DNA from: Octopus vulgaris
Taxonomy: Eukaryota
Assembly: GCA_951406725.2 (NCBI GenBank)
Contig: OX597831.1
Coordinates: 66,898,001-66,962,000 of the forward strand
Direction of reading: 5' to 3'
DNA length: 64,000 nt
The notes under the pieces are model-generated. The model made no database searches. It was not told where the DNA came from and saw only the letters and a list, made by a program, of their open reading frames with translations. Position numbers and translations under genes: made by a program. Of this stretch, positions 26,176 to 38,126 are shown in pieces; the first letter of the stretch is position 1; every line of letters begins with the position of its first letter.

Positions 26176-26774
26176 GTCAGGGATACCCAATTGTTAAGAG
26201 GCTTAACCAGCCTTCATATCCTTAATTGCCTTATCTCTTGTACTGCTATCAATTCTGATGGCTGGTCCCTCAATTGGCTTGATATCTGAAAGACTCTCCT
26301 CCACCCAATCATTCCCCACATTTAATAACCTTTCATAATGACATATATGTATGTATGCATGTATTTGTGTGTATATGTGTGTATGTATGTATGTATGTAT
26401 ATATATAGTTGGTCACTTTCGAGTGCTACTGGTAACATGTAACCCAGTACAACCTGTTGCATGGTTGGGCCATCGGTGTCTAAACCGGCAACCCCACCAA
26501 GCTTGCTTGGTGAGGAGGGTGTTTATTGGACACCCTGCGGGATGAAAAACAAAACCTGTCAAAGGGCAGAGGAACTCTTGAGAGTCAATGGCCATCCAAT
26601 AAATGTGTATTTTTTTTTTCAGGCTTAAGGCTATATCATACGCGGGGACATCATGTATGTATGTATATATACATATAGTTGGAATTTACAAAAAAAAAAA
26701 AAAAACGAAAGACGAAAATGAGTGTATAAACAACAAACAGATGTATTAGTTTAACGCTCAGGAAGTGAGAAAGT

Positions 26775-26810
26775 CTTTTACGTTTTGAGCCTATGCACTT
26801 CAACAGAAAG
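26775..26810 (-). ncRNA. Degenerate minimal hammerhead ribozyme within a ~200-bp repeat (about 26678-26875)
   Basis: CTTT-CTGTTGA-A-GTGC-ATAG-GCTC-AAAA-C-GTA-AAAG; homologous to the 37962 copy but with core mismatches. Confidence 0.5.
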
Positions 26811-26891
26811 GAACACAGAAATAAGCAGAGAGAGAAAATAAATAAGGTTTAGTGGCTAGCAATCAATCATGATGAATGTATATATATATAT

Positions 26892-27898
26892 TGATACGAG
26901 GTCATTCGGAGAGAGAGTGCTTGTGGCCTGGTTTTGTGGTTTGGCGCCAAGCAGACGGGTTAAAGCCTTTGCCCTGTCTATTTCTGGAGAGATTAATGGG
27001 TTTGGAAGAGACATCTGACCCTTTTCCGGTCAGGGCAAGTTTAAGAAACTACCCTTTAAAATGCGACGAGCTGGGTTTGTCGATCAGTTGGCCTGGGTTG
27101 GTCAGTTCTGCCTGAGACAGAAAAAGGGCCGGAAAAGAGTCAGTTGGCAAAAGACAGCAGTCGATACGGATGGTCAGTCAAGAAGGTGGTGATGGCGAGA
27201 GGCAACGACAACGTTGAGAAAGACATACACAGAGGATTGAGGAGGTGAGGGAAATTACGGCGTGAAGGCATGGCTATTGTAGTAGGAGCTTGTTGCAGAC
27301 TAGAAAACGTTCGGTAAAGTTTTGTTTATGTCTTTTGTTGTTGAATTTTGGTGTTGATGTGCGTTGAAAAAAAAGAATTGTTGAAGAGAAAAAGAATTGT
27401 GTCAAAAAAAGGAGAAGGAAAAGAACATTGTGAATTATGTTACAGAGAAAAAGAAAGAAGGGGAAAGACTTTAATGTTGAACTGTTTCGAACTGTATTGC
27501 GCTGAACATTTGTTTTGATTGTTTCGGACGTTCTGTGTCGTGCATGCTTTGATTGTTTTCGAACGACGTGTTATGTTTAAATGCATTGGTTGTTTTTTTT
27601 TTCTTTTTTGATTCTGTTGCATGTTATTTTCTTTAATGTATCTGATATGTTTCATGTTTTATTTGATGTTGTAATAATTGTATAAACTGTTCTTAAATGT
27701 AAGTGATTGCCTTCCGCCGTGTCTCTCTTACTCCCATTGTTGTTGTTTTTATCTCCGGTCGCCGGTTCGAGTTCGCTGCCATCCCCCACCACTGTTTTCT
27801 CTGTGTGGCGGATTTCCGTTCGACTGGGCCTGGTCAATCATCGTCGCTCGACTTAGTAGGGTCCCGGGTTCGAGTTGAGCGACGGCAGGTTCGTAACA
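26892..27898. mobile_element. Solo LTR (Gypsy-like)
   Basis: TG...CA termini with inverted ends TGATACGA/TCGTAACA, a 4-bp ATAT flank on both sides, CpG-rich and with no ORF. Confidence 0.7.
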
Positions 27899-27924
27899 AT
27901 ATATATATATGTATGTATGTATGT

Positions 27925-28287
27925 ATGCAATGTCTGTGCAAGACCCTGCCTCAGTAAAGCTGGACTCAAGAGTCATCTTTGTAGTCATAAAGCAAGACAG
28001 ATGAGTGACAACCTGGACACTGGTGGTGGTGTAACACACCATACTAATCATATCTGTCGGGCATGTGTAAGAGAGTGTAATTCGGCAGGAGGACTTAAAT
28101 GACATGCAAAGGTATATGAAGCCCAGTTACAACTACAGCCGGCTATTACCGGTAAAGGTATTAGTTGCCAATTCTGTACAAGACATTGTAGATCTTTAGC
28201 TGGGCTAAAAAGTCACATTCGATCACAGCACCAGTAAAAGTTAAGCTTCGTGCAATGGCCATACTCGATAACGAGGGGGCAGCCATA
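27925..28287 (+). mobile_element. RTE/BovB-type LINE 3' end with three C2H2 zinc fingers
   Basis: CNVCARPCLSKAGLKSH, CRACVRECNSAGGLK*H and CQFCTRHCRSLAGLKSH, then a 3' stem CTCGATAACGAG. Confidence 0.6.
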
Positions 28288-29064
28288 ATGTATGTATATA
28301 TACACACCCTTATGCACACATGTATCTACATACACACACAAATATATATAGTATAAGGAGAAAAAGTGCTAGCATTTCTCTTTTGTTTTCTGCATTTCTC
28401 CTTTTCTTCCCTTCTGAAAATTCAAGAAAACGGTCATATTTTCTTATTTTTTTCTCTAACATATCTTTTTGTTTCTTTTTTCTTTTACTTCTCATGAATT
28501 TCATACATGACTAAGAAACTTTTGTTCCTATGTATGCATGTATTCTTTATATGTGTGTATATGTATATATCAATATCTCTGTGTATGTGTGGTGCATGTG
28601 TTTAAATTTATATATCATTGTCAATGTTCACATGTGCATACACTCACATATTTGCAGAACCACACATACACATAGGTACATACAGTCAAGCATGAAATAT
28701 TTCACTGGACGCAAAATTCTTTATTCCTTTTGTTAACCAAATTGCTGCTGAAATATACTATCTTTGTTTCAATTAATTTTGAAATTCATAAAGAATTTAG
28801 TAAAATAACTGTCATTGTTGAAACATAACTAAACATGAAATTTGGATAGCAGATTTAAATTTACATCACTTTAAAATATAGAATTTGTATTATACAACCA
28901 GGTGGTGTTCTCAGGTAGGTTGGTATCAAAAAGGTTAATGTAAAATTTTTACTAGTTTCCATTTGCCACATGTCTTAGATGATTTGTCAGTGATAATCAA
29001 CATTTCACCCAACTATCAAAGAATGTTATCATTCGTTTTTTAAGCAGACACAAAGATTGGCACT

Positions 29065-29925
29065 CTAGTGCTTATGGTGAAACTCTCTGCGTTGGGCGTA
29101 AGAGATGATCTCTATAACTGGTTGAAGTCCTTTATTTTTGGCCGAAAAGAGGTTGTCACAGTTCTAGGACAGCACTCTTCACCCTATGAGATGACATCTG
29201 GTGTACCACAGGGATCTGTTCTTGGCCCCCTTTTATTTGTTGCATATGTTAATGACATAGATACCAACTTAAAGAATGCCACAGTGCTGAAATATGCAGA
29301 TGGCATCAAGCTGTACCTCGAAATAAAGAGGTCAGATCCTGTACACTATAGATCTCTATTGCAATCAGACCTAGACACAATGCAGCAGTGGATCATGGAC
29401 TGGCAACTCAAGCTGGCTGTGGACAAATGTACCACCATGCATTTTGGGAGGAAAAACCCAGCGTTTACTTACTCCCTCCACAACACTAATCTTAAAAAGT
29501 CTTCGTGTGAACGTGACCTGGGTGTTATTGTCGACAGCGATTTGCGTTGGACAAAACACATTGCTAAAATTGCCAAGAAGGATGAGGGTGTCTTGGCATC
29601 ACTCACCAAGTCCTTTGTGAGCCGCTCTCCGGCTATCTATCATAGCTTTATGTAGCTACGGTACAACCTCACCTGGAATTTGCATCACCGGTCTGGAACC
29701 CCTATCTTGCCCAGGATATTAATCATCTGGAAGCCGTTCAGTGACGTGCAACCAAAAGAATACCCTCCATCAGGCACTTGCCATATTCTGAATGCCTTAC
29801 TTCCCTGGGTATGGACACATTGAAACAACGACATCTGGCAGCTGACTTGGCAGACACCCATAAAATTATTAACCATCTTACAAACAATAACTCTGAGCAC
29901 CTTTTCAAACTCCACCTGTCTAACA
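29065..29925 (+). pseudogene. CR1-clade LINE RT fragment
   Basis: SGVPQGSVLGPLLF..YVND, KYADG (decayed YADD), ERDLGVIVDSDL and LEFASPVWNP. Confidence 0.85.
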
Positions 29926-29954
29926 ATCCTTGCCTTTAGTTCATCTTTGGTGTT

Positions 29955-30470
29955 CTTCTCAAGCACAGAATATTGTCAAAAGTCTTGGTTATGTCATTGC
30001 CTCTGTGAGGCTCAATGCTTGAAATGTGCCTTTTATATGTCATTGGCACAGGAGCCAGTTATGTGACACTGACAACGGTCACAACTATGATTTCACTTGG
30101 CTTGATGACATATCGCCAAAGGTCTCAGTCACTAATCATTGCCTCCATGAGGCCCAACATTTGAAGATCATGCTTCCCTACCTTGTTCCATGTCTTCCTG
30201 GTTCTCCCTCTTCTACAGCTTCCCTCCACTGTTAGAGATTGGTACTTCTTCAAACAGCTGTCTACATTGATCCACATCACATGACCATGCCAACAGAGCT
30301 CCACTACAGACCACATCTGATGCCTTCCATGCCCAACTCTTCTTTGAAGACATTTACACTCTTGAGCATGCACACTGACATTGCACATCCAGCGAAGCAT
30401 ACTAGCTTCACTTTGTTCAAGCCTACGCATGTCCTCAGCAGTCACAGCCCATGTCTCACTGCCATTTTCC
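29955..30470 (-). mobile_element. RTE 3' fragment
   Basis: GSETWAVTAEDMRRLE...RGRTRKTWNKV. Confidence 0.85.
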
Positions 30471-31399
30471 AATGTATTCCTCAGGTAAGGGGATTAAGTT
30501 TTCATCGATGCAATTTTTCCACTGTTGTATTTCTACCTTTCTATATGTCAGAAGAGATTTGCCAATGTTCTGCATTGAAAGGACCAGAGACTTGAAGTGT
30601 TTTGAATTGCAAGACAGTGTGTGAGGGAAAATCATGATGTCATAGGAGAGAAACGTGACTACAGGGATGATGGCTCATTTGCAGTTAATGATGCTGCAAA
30701 GAAAGAGACATGTGCAATGTCAGAGCAGAAATCTGCACTGGCCTTGAAGAGATGTCAGTGCAGGTTTCCACCCTGACACCCAGAACTCGGAGTTTTATTA
30801 TGTCAACACCGAATAATCATTACAAATATATATATATATATATCATCATCATCATCATCATCATCATCATCGTTTAATGTCCGCTTTCCATGCTAGCATG
30901 GGTTGGACGATTTTGACTGAGGGCTGGCGAGCCAGATGGCTGCACCAGGCTCCAGTCTTGATCTGGCAGAGTTTCTACAGCTGGATGCCCTTCCTAACGC
31001 CAACCACTCCGAGAGTGTAGCATACATACATACATACATACATGTATACCTACATACATACCTACACGCATACCTACATGCATACCTACATGCATGCATA
31101 CATACATACATACATACTTGCATACCTACATGCATACATACATGCAAATATATATATGCATATATACATATATTAACATATCATTTAACATCCATTTTCC
31201 ATGCTGTAACTTGACTTCAAGTAATGCCATTGTTAGAATGTTCTCTTAAATATGACCAGCATAGATGTGGCAATGATGGGCATCTTTTGCAGTTGTAGCC
31301 TCCTGGGATATATTCTTTTCCACACACACAAACACAAACACATGTAATGATGTATATATAATCCTTATTATTATTGATACACACACACACATATATATA

Positions 31400-32960
31400 C
31401 ACACTAATTCGTTCTAAGTTTGGTACAAGGCCAATAATTCTAAGGGGAGTGGTGAGTCATTATCTTGAACCTATTACTCAACTGTCATTTACTTTATCAT
31501 TCCTGAAAGGATGAAAGGCAAATCTGACCTTGAGAGAATTTGGACTCAGAATGTGAAGCCAGACAAAATGTCTCAAGGTATCTTGTCTGGTGTACTAATG
31601 ATTCTCTAAGCTTGCAGCCTACATAATCATAATAATAATGGTTTCAAATTTTGGCATAACACCAGCAGTTTTTGGGGAAGAGGTAGGTCAATTACATCGC
31701 TCGAATCCTTTTACACATGCCCCCAGCACAGGTGCCAGTAAGGGGACTTTGGTAACAATCACGCTTGAATGGTGCCCTTTTATGTGCCACTGGCACGGAA
31801 GCCATTTGGCTGCTCTGGTAATGCTCATGTTTGGATGGTGCTCTTGGCACCCTACTAGCATGGGCACAAGTGCCAGTAAGGTGATGGCTGCACCAGGCTC
31901 CAATCTTGATTTGGCAGAGTTTCTACAGCTGGATGCCCTTCCTAATGCCAACCACTCCGAGAGTGTAGTGGGTGCTTTTTACGTGCCACCGGCACGGGGG
32001 CCAGTCAGGCGGTACTGACAACGACCTCACTCAAATCCTTTTACACATGCCCCCAGCACAGGTGCCAGTAAGGCGACTTTGGTAACGATCACACTTGAAT
32101 GGTGCCCTTTTACATGCCACTGGCACGGAAGCCCGTTGGCTGCTCTGGCAACGATCACACTCGGATGGTGCTCTTGGCACCCTACTAGCACGGGCACAAG
32201 TGCCAGTAAGGTGATGCTGGTAACGATCACGCTCATATGGTGCCCTTTAAGTGCCACTGGCATGGGAGCCGGTTAGCCGCTCTGTCAATGATCCCAAAGG
32301 GATGAAAGGCAAAGTCAACCTCAGTGGAATTTGAACTCAGAATGTGCAGACAGATGATATGCTGCTAAGCATTTTGCCCGGTGCAATAATAATAATAATA
32401 ATTTTGGCACAAGGCCAGCAATTTTGAGTATGGGGAAATTGATTAAATCAACCCTAGTATTTCACTGGTGCTTTATTTTACTGACCTCAAACAGTTGAAA
32501 GGCAAATTTAACCTTGGCAGGATTTGAACTTAAAAAGTAAAGAGCTTGAAGAAATGTTAAGTATTTTGTCTGATGTACTAACAATTCTGCCAGCTCATCA
32601 TCTTAATAATAAGGATTTTGAATTTTGGCTGAAGCCCAGCAATTTTAAAGGATGGGGGAGTTGATAAAATTGATCCCAGTACGTCACTGGTACTTTACTT
32701 TGTAGATCCCAGAAAGGTGAAATGTGAAGTAGTCCTCAGCAGGATTTGAATTCAGGATACAAAGTGCCAGAGGAAATGTTGCTAAACATTTTGTCTGACA
32801 TGCTAATAATTTTGTCAGCCCTTCATCTTAGACTAGGAAAGTGTAGGGAAAAAAGTTTAGCTGATTACATTGACCTCACTACAATGTATTATAGTGACTC
32901 TGAAAAAATGAGAGGCCGAGTCAACCTCAGCAGCATCTCAATTCAAAATCTAAAGCTGTC
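31400..32960 (-). repeat. Cluster of decayed Meta-like SINEs separated by (AAT)n, with RTE 3'-UTR tandem repeats at 31700-32290
   Basis: Repeated AAAGGATGAAAGGCAAA...GGAATTTGAACTCAG units and GTGCCA(C/G)TGGCAC tandem units. Confidence 0.65.
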
Positions 32961-33105
32961 TTAGTAATAATCTTTTCTTAATGGCCCACAGAAATATGTA
33001 AAATACATACAAAGGACATTAAAGAACATGGAGTTTAGAATACAAGTGGGCATGGGTAGACAAAGTTATATAAAGATGTGCACCAGGCAAAATGCTTAGC
33101 AGCAT

Positions 33106-33300
33106 GACATTACTATGACATTACAACCAGCCAGGAACAGTCTTCGCTACATTTGCGGCACCTGCCAGAGGGAGTGTTTGTCCAGGATAGGACTACACAG
33201 CCATAGCAGGAGATGTATTAGGACATGAAATGTAAAAGCCAGACTAGATTATTTTATGCGCAACTCCATTGTTTCCCCGAGACAAAAAGGATGCCAACCA
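33106..33300 (+). mobile_element. 5'-truncated RTE/BovB 3' end flanked by ~125-bp direct repeats
   Basis: YICGTCQRECLSRIGLHSHSRRC; direct repeats at 32981-33105 and 33301-33425. Confidence 0.75.
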
Positions 33301-34189
33301 ATGGCCCTCAGAAATATGTAAAATACAAACAAAGAACATCAAAGAACATGGAGTTTAGAAAACAAGTGGGAATGGGTAGACAAAGTTATATAAAGATGTG
33401 CACCAGGCAAAATTCTTAGCAGCATTTCATCTGTCTGCACATTCTGAGTTCAAATTCCACTGAGGTTGACTTTACCTTTCATCCTTTTGGGGTCAATAAA
33501 GTAAGTACCAGTTACAAACAGATTAAAAATTTGATGAATAAGTAGAAAATTATTGGAAAAAACATTCAATAATTAAGACAAAATATACTTACAGTAATTA
33601 TATATAAAACATTTAGGGCCACTCATTCATACACTAGTGGGCACCCACTTGTTAGGCCAAATCAGGGTACCTGGCTTTTCTGCTTACTCACCTGACTGTG
33701 TATTTCTTGGGATTTCTGTAATTCCCTGTCACCATCTTTTCCCCATGCTCATCCAAAAAGACACCTACATCTTCATCATCATCATCATCATCATCGTTTA
33801 ACGTCCGTTTTCCGTGCTAGCATGGGTTGGACAGTTCGATAGGGTCTGGGAAGCCAGAAGGCTGCACCAGGCTCCAGTCTGATCTGGCAGTGTTTCTACA
33901 GCTGGATGCCCTTCCTAACGCCAACCACTCCGTGAGTGTAGTGGGTGCTTTTTACGTGCCACTGGCTCAGGGGCCAGAGGAGGCTGGCAGTGGCCATGAT
34001 CGGTTGGTGCTTTTTACGAGCCACCAGCACAGGTGCCAGGGGAGGCTGGCAGCGGCCACAATCGGTTGGTGCTTTTTACGTGCCACCAGCACGGAAGCCA
34101 GTCAAAAGGCACTGGCAGCGGCCATGATCGGTTGGTGCTTTTTACGTGCCACTGGCACAGAAGCCAGTCAAGTCAAGTCTTCTGGGTAG

Positions 34190-34900
34190 TAATACTTAAC
34201 CCATTTGCAAACCTCCCTCGTCATCTTCCCGAATACATGATCAACTGAATATTTCGTCTAGTTTTGATTTAATTTCTGTTGCATCCACATATTGGTTCAT
34301 TTACTTTCTTCCACTTCATATAACAAGTCGAGCAGTTATTTGCTATTATTTCAAATAACAGTGAAACTGCTTGAATCCCAGAATTCAGGTTTTTGGAGAG
34401 GACTATTAGCCCATTTTAATATTTTGTTTCTTTGTCTCTCTTACAGTTTTCCATTTCTCTTCCTCTTTGCACATTTGACCTCCAACCCTGCAAGAGGATT
34501 GGGTAGAACTGTTAGAATTGGGTGCTTTGTCATTTTCTGATTCTGATCACAAGGTGACATCCTCTGCAAACTTTAGAATAGCTGAAAGTGCCTTGACACT
34601 GCATGTTACTGAGACTGAAGATGAGATAAGTCTTTCAATTCTGCTTGGAACTGTAACTGGTGGTCTGACTAGTGGTGCTTCTGGAACAGCAGTCTTCCAA
34701 CACTGCTCAACCCTTTTGCATTTTTCCAGTTCTGGGCAGAAAGCCTTCAAGTGGCTTATACTGCTACAAGTTAAAAACGAGTGTGTTTTCTGCTTTACAT
34801 CTTCAGTATTATGGCTTTTGGTTTTATCTGAGGTGTCATGAGCCCATCTGATCCCTCCCATCTACATACCATTTCTTACTATCTGTGCTCTTAATAATTG
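34190..34900 (-). pseudogene. Probable decayed L1-Tx1 ORF1 remnant
   Basis: Degenerate CCHC knuckle (FLTCSSISHLKAFCP) and weak similarity to the Tx1 ORF1 tail at 55150-55450. Confidence 0.4.
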
Positions 34901-36081
34901 CCTATATTGAAGCCATAATCTCACGGCTTATGCCAGGAGTGTAACCAGCCCACTTATGCATACCTTTTCCTTCTTTGGACACTAAAACTCTGCTTGCGAA
35001 GACCTGTTGAGGTAAGTAAAATCAAATCAATCAAAGCAAAATAAAAATCAAATTCGATGACTGGCGTCCATGCTAGCAGGGTGCAAAGAGCACCATACGA
35101 GTGTGATCATTGACAGGGCGGCTAACCAGCTTCCGTGCCAGTGGCACTTGAAGGGCACCATTCGAGTGTGATCGTTACCAGCGTTGCCTTACTGGCACTT
35201 GTGCCTGTGCTAGTAGGGTGCCAAGAGCACCATCCGAGCGTATTCGTTGCCAGAGCAGCCAACTGGCTTTCGTGCCAGTGGCACTTAAAGGGCACCATTC
35301 GAGCATGATCGTTACCAAAGTCGCCTTACTGGCACCTGTGCTGGGGGCATGTGTAAAAGGATTCGAGCGAGGTCATTGCCAGTACCGCCTGACTGGCCCC
35401 CGTGCCGGTGGCACATAAAAAGCACCCACTACACTCTTGGAGTGGTTGGCATTAGGAAGGGCATCCAGCTGTAGAAACTCTGCCAAATCAAGATTGGAGC
35501 CTGGTGCAGCCATCTGGTTTGCCAGCCCTCAGTCAAAATCGTCCAACCCATGCTAGCATGGAAAGCGGACGTTATACGATGATGATGATTGCTTTTGTAA
35601 AGCAAACCAAGAGTGAAAATCACTTGCTAAACCTCTGAGTATTACCTTCACTGGGGGCATGAGTCTGTGGGAATTTTTTTGATACAGAAACTCAACTTGT
35701 TTTCGGTCCTGAAAGTCAGATAGATGGTCCTGTAGGGTTTTCCTCTTTCCAGGGGTACAATACTAGCCCGGACCTTGTTTTGTGGGGATTAATAAAAGCA
35801 ACCACTCCTTTTGTCAGACACAGATATATCAATTTGCTTTTTGTCTGATTTTCGATGTATTCCTCAGGCAAAGGGATTAAGTTTCCATCAATGCAATTTT
35901 CCCACTGTTGTATTTCTGCCTTTTTATTTGTCATATCAAATACTTCAATATGGAAGAAGCTTGGGAAAAAACTAACTCCAACATGTATTGATGATGGCAT
36001 TTTTATTTTTGTGTGTGTCATGTTGTTATTGGCATTTCTGTTGTTGCTGAAAAATGATGTAGACTGTTCAAGAAACATTTA

Positions 36082-36622
36082 CCTCTGTGTGAAAAGTCTG
36101 GTTGCATCCGAAAAAATACATATGAAACAAAAATAAACATAAAATTCATTATGTTTGCTGTACTGCTAGAGCATCCCAATTCTCTACCAAGTTGTCTACT
36201 GGTTGCAGTACGCCTTTTACGAATAGCATTGACCATTCTTTCTTGAATAGCAGCATTTTTGACAAGGCTTGGTCGCCCAGAAGGCTGTTTTGGCTGTTAT
36301 CGTTCCATGAAGAGTTGCATTTTTATAAATTCGCGTTGGTATATTGCGGCCTACTTGAAAGGCATTGCAAAGATCACTCACTGTTTCATTTGCGACCCCA
36401 TCTTTAATTTGCTAGTAACGTAGAAGTATTGCCAGTCTATCTCTCTCACTAATTTGTTCACCTCGCCTGCGAGCCATCTAAAGTTAATAATGATTCTGCT
36501 AATTCCACGTGTAAACATGTGTTGAATAGAACTCACTGAATAAATTTTAATTAACTGTGTTGTCAATTGTATGCACCTGACATATGCTAACGTGTATGCA
36601 GCCAGACTTTTCACACAGAGGA
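36082..36622 (-). mobile_element. Internally deleted Tc1/mariner element
   Basis: 25-bp TIR CCTCTGTGTGAAAAGTCTGG(T/C)TGCA with TA flanks; SGRPS and NAIRKRRTATSRQLGRELGCSSST HTH motifs. Confidence 0.75.
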
Positions 36623-36925
36623 TACCTCTTTTCTGAAAAGGCAAAAATTTCCATTTTTATGGCAGGGAAGGACTTTGGAAGATTAGGTCTGTTATTCTGC
36701 TTTGCAATGGCAGACATGCTATTTTCTTCCTTTCTTGGGAGGCACTGCTTCTCTAGCTTGATGCCATTGCAAAGGAAGCTGAATAAAACAGAAATGTCCC
36801 CCACAAAAATTTACTCTGGAGAAGTCAATGAAATGAATAAATAACTTGCCTTGTAAAAACTTTTTACATGACATAAAATAATTAATAAATTCAAATTCAA
36901 TATAACAAATTCTTGAAAATACATG

Positions 36926-37343
36926 GGATATTTTCGGTTTGAACGGCAGTTTTTTCTAGTAGTGTCATATGAAATCGTCACCCATAATTATGACCCTAAT
37001 ATTGATCTATTGCATTTCAATCTGTTTTAGGGTTAGGGTTAGGGGTGGGGCGAAGGGTATCTTTTTTTCTTCACAAATGTAAATAAACCCAATCTGTTTC
37101 TTAAACGAGGGACATATTCATACGGCACAGAATGTTTTTTACCTCAATAGACGTCATTGATTGATTGAAATTGCAGAAATTGAAGGAAAAATAACAACAA
37201 ATATCTTACAAACTATAGAAATTTCTCAATAAAGCCAAGAGAAAAAGATGTTTTATAAACACATTCTACCAGTATACGAAGTTTAAAATTTTTTAGTTAC
37301 CTAGAAATTATGTTAAAAACTGCCGTTCAAACCGAAAAGATCC
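36926..37343. mobile_element. Merlin-like MITE
   Basis: Same TIRs; TSD AATACATG/AATACTTG; internal (TTAGGG)3. Confidence 0.85.
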
Positions 37344-37645
37344 AATACTTGTAATCTAAATATTAACAGCAAGAATGGGAAGAAACAAATCTGTTCATGC
37401 TGAGGGGAATGGGGATAGCTGTACTTAATTGGTGCTGTATTTTATTGATTTCTGGCATTCTTTTATTCTTTTACTTGCTTCAGTATTTGATGGTGGCCAT
37501 GCTGGAGCACTGCCCTGGACTAATTCCCTGCAAGCCTGGTGCTTATTCTACCAGTCTCTTCTGCCAAACAGCTAAGTTATGGGGATGCAAACACACCAAC
37601 ATTGGTTGTCAAGCAATGGTGGTGGGGGGACAAATGCAGACACAA

Positions 37646-37690
<45 letters not shown>

Positions 37691-37961
37691 TTTAAAAGTT
37701 TAAAAATTTAAAAATTTAAATTAAAAAATTTTTAATTTTAATAATTTAAATTTTGAATTTTATATTTTATATATATATTATATATTATATTAATTATATT
37801 TATTTTTTGTTTTTTTATGTTTTGGTTTATGTCTATCACTGTTTGAGTAGCCTAATAGTGGTTTTATCTTTAATTTAATTTATATATATATGACCGTGTG
37901 TGTACCGTTGGCAATTTTTTTTCCTCTGTCTTCCCTTCTCTGGATCTTTCCTTCTCCTATA

Positions 37962-37994
37962 TTTCTGACGAAGAGCTCCGCTCGAAACGTTAAA
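37962..37994 (+). ncRNA. Minimal type I hammerhead ribozyme (intact core)
   Basis: TTT-CTGACGA-A-GAGC-TCC-GCTC-GAAA-C-GTT-AAA: CUGANGA and GAAA boxes, 4-bp stem II, palindromic AACGTT stem III and an NUH site. It sits in a ~200-bp element (37890-38086) between (TA)n tracts. Confidence 0.7.
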
Positions 37995-38083
37995 CCCTCC
38001 TTCTTTCCTGAGCGTCCAATAATACTATACTTGTTCCATGTCCTCGCGTTGTTATGTTTTTTTGTGCTTTCATGTTTGGATTA

Positions 38084-38126
<43 letters not shown>

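Noticed and set aside
31700-32290. Repeat-spacer pattern resembling a CRISPR array (also 33950-34170, 63310-63640)
   Set aside because: Degenerate tandem units of the RTE 3' UTR; the spacers are homologous, there are no cas genes and the context is eukaryotic.
36630-36780. piggyBac-like Cys-rich tail in an alternative frame
   Set aside because: Multiple stops and weak spacing; no matching TIR or TTAA.
37025-37050. Interstitial telomere
   Set aside because: Only 2-3 TTAGGG units, internal to a MITE.
37686-37885. Extremely A/T-rich irregular tract (also 59720-59780)
   Set aside because: Low complexity next to (TA)n; likely a decayed microsatellite or base-calling artefact.
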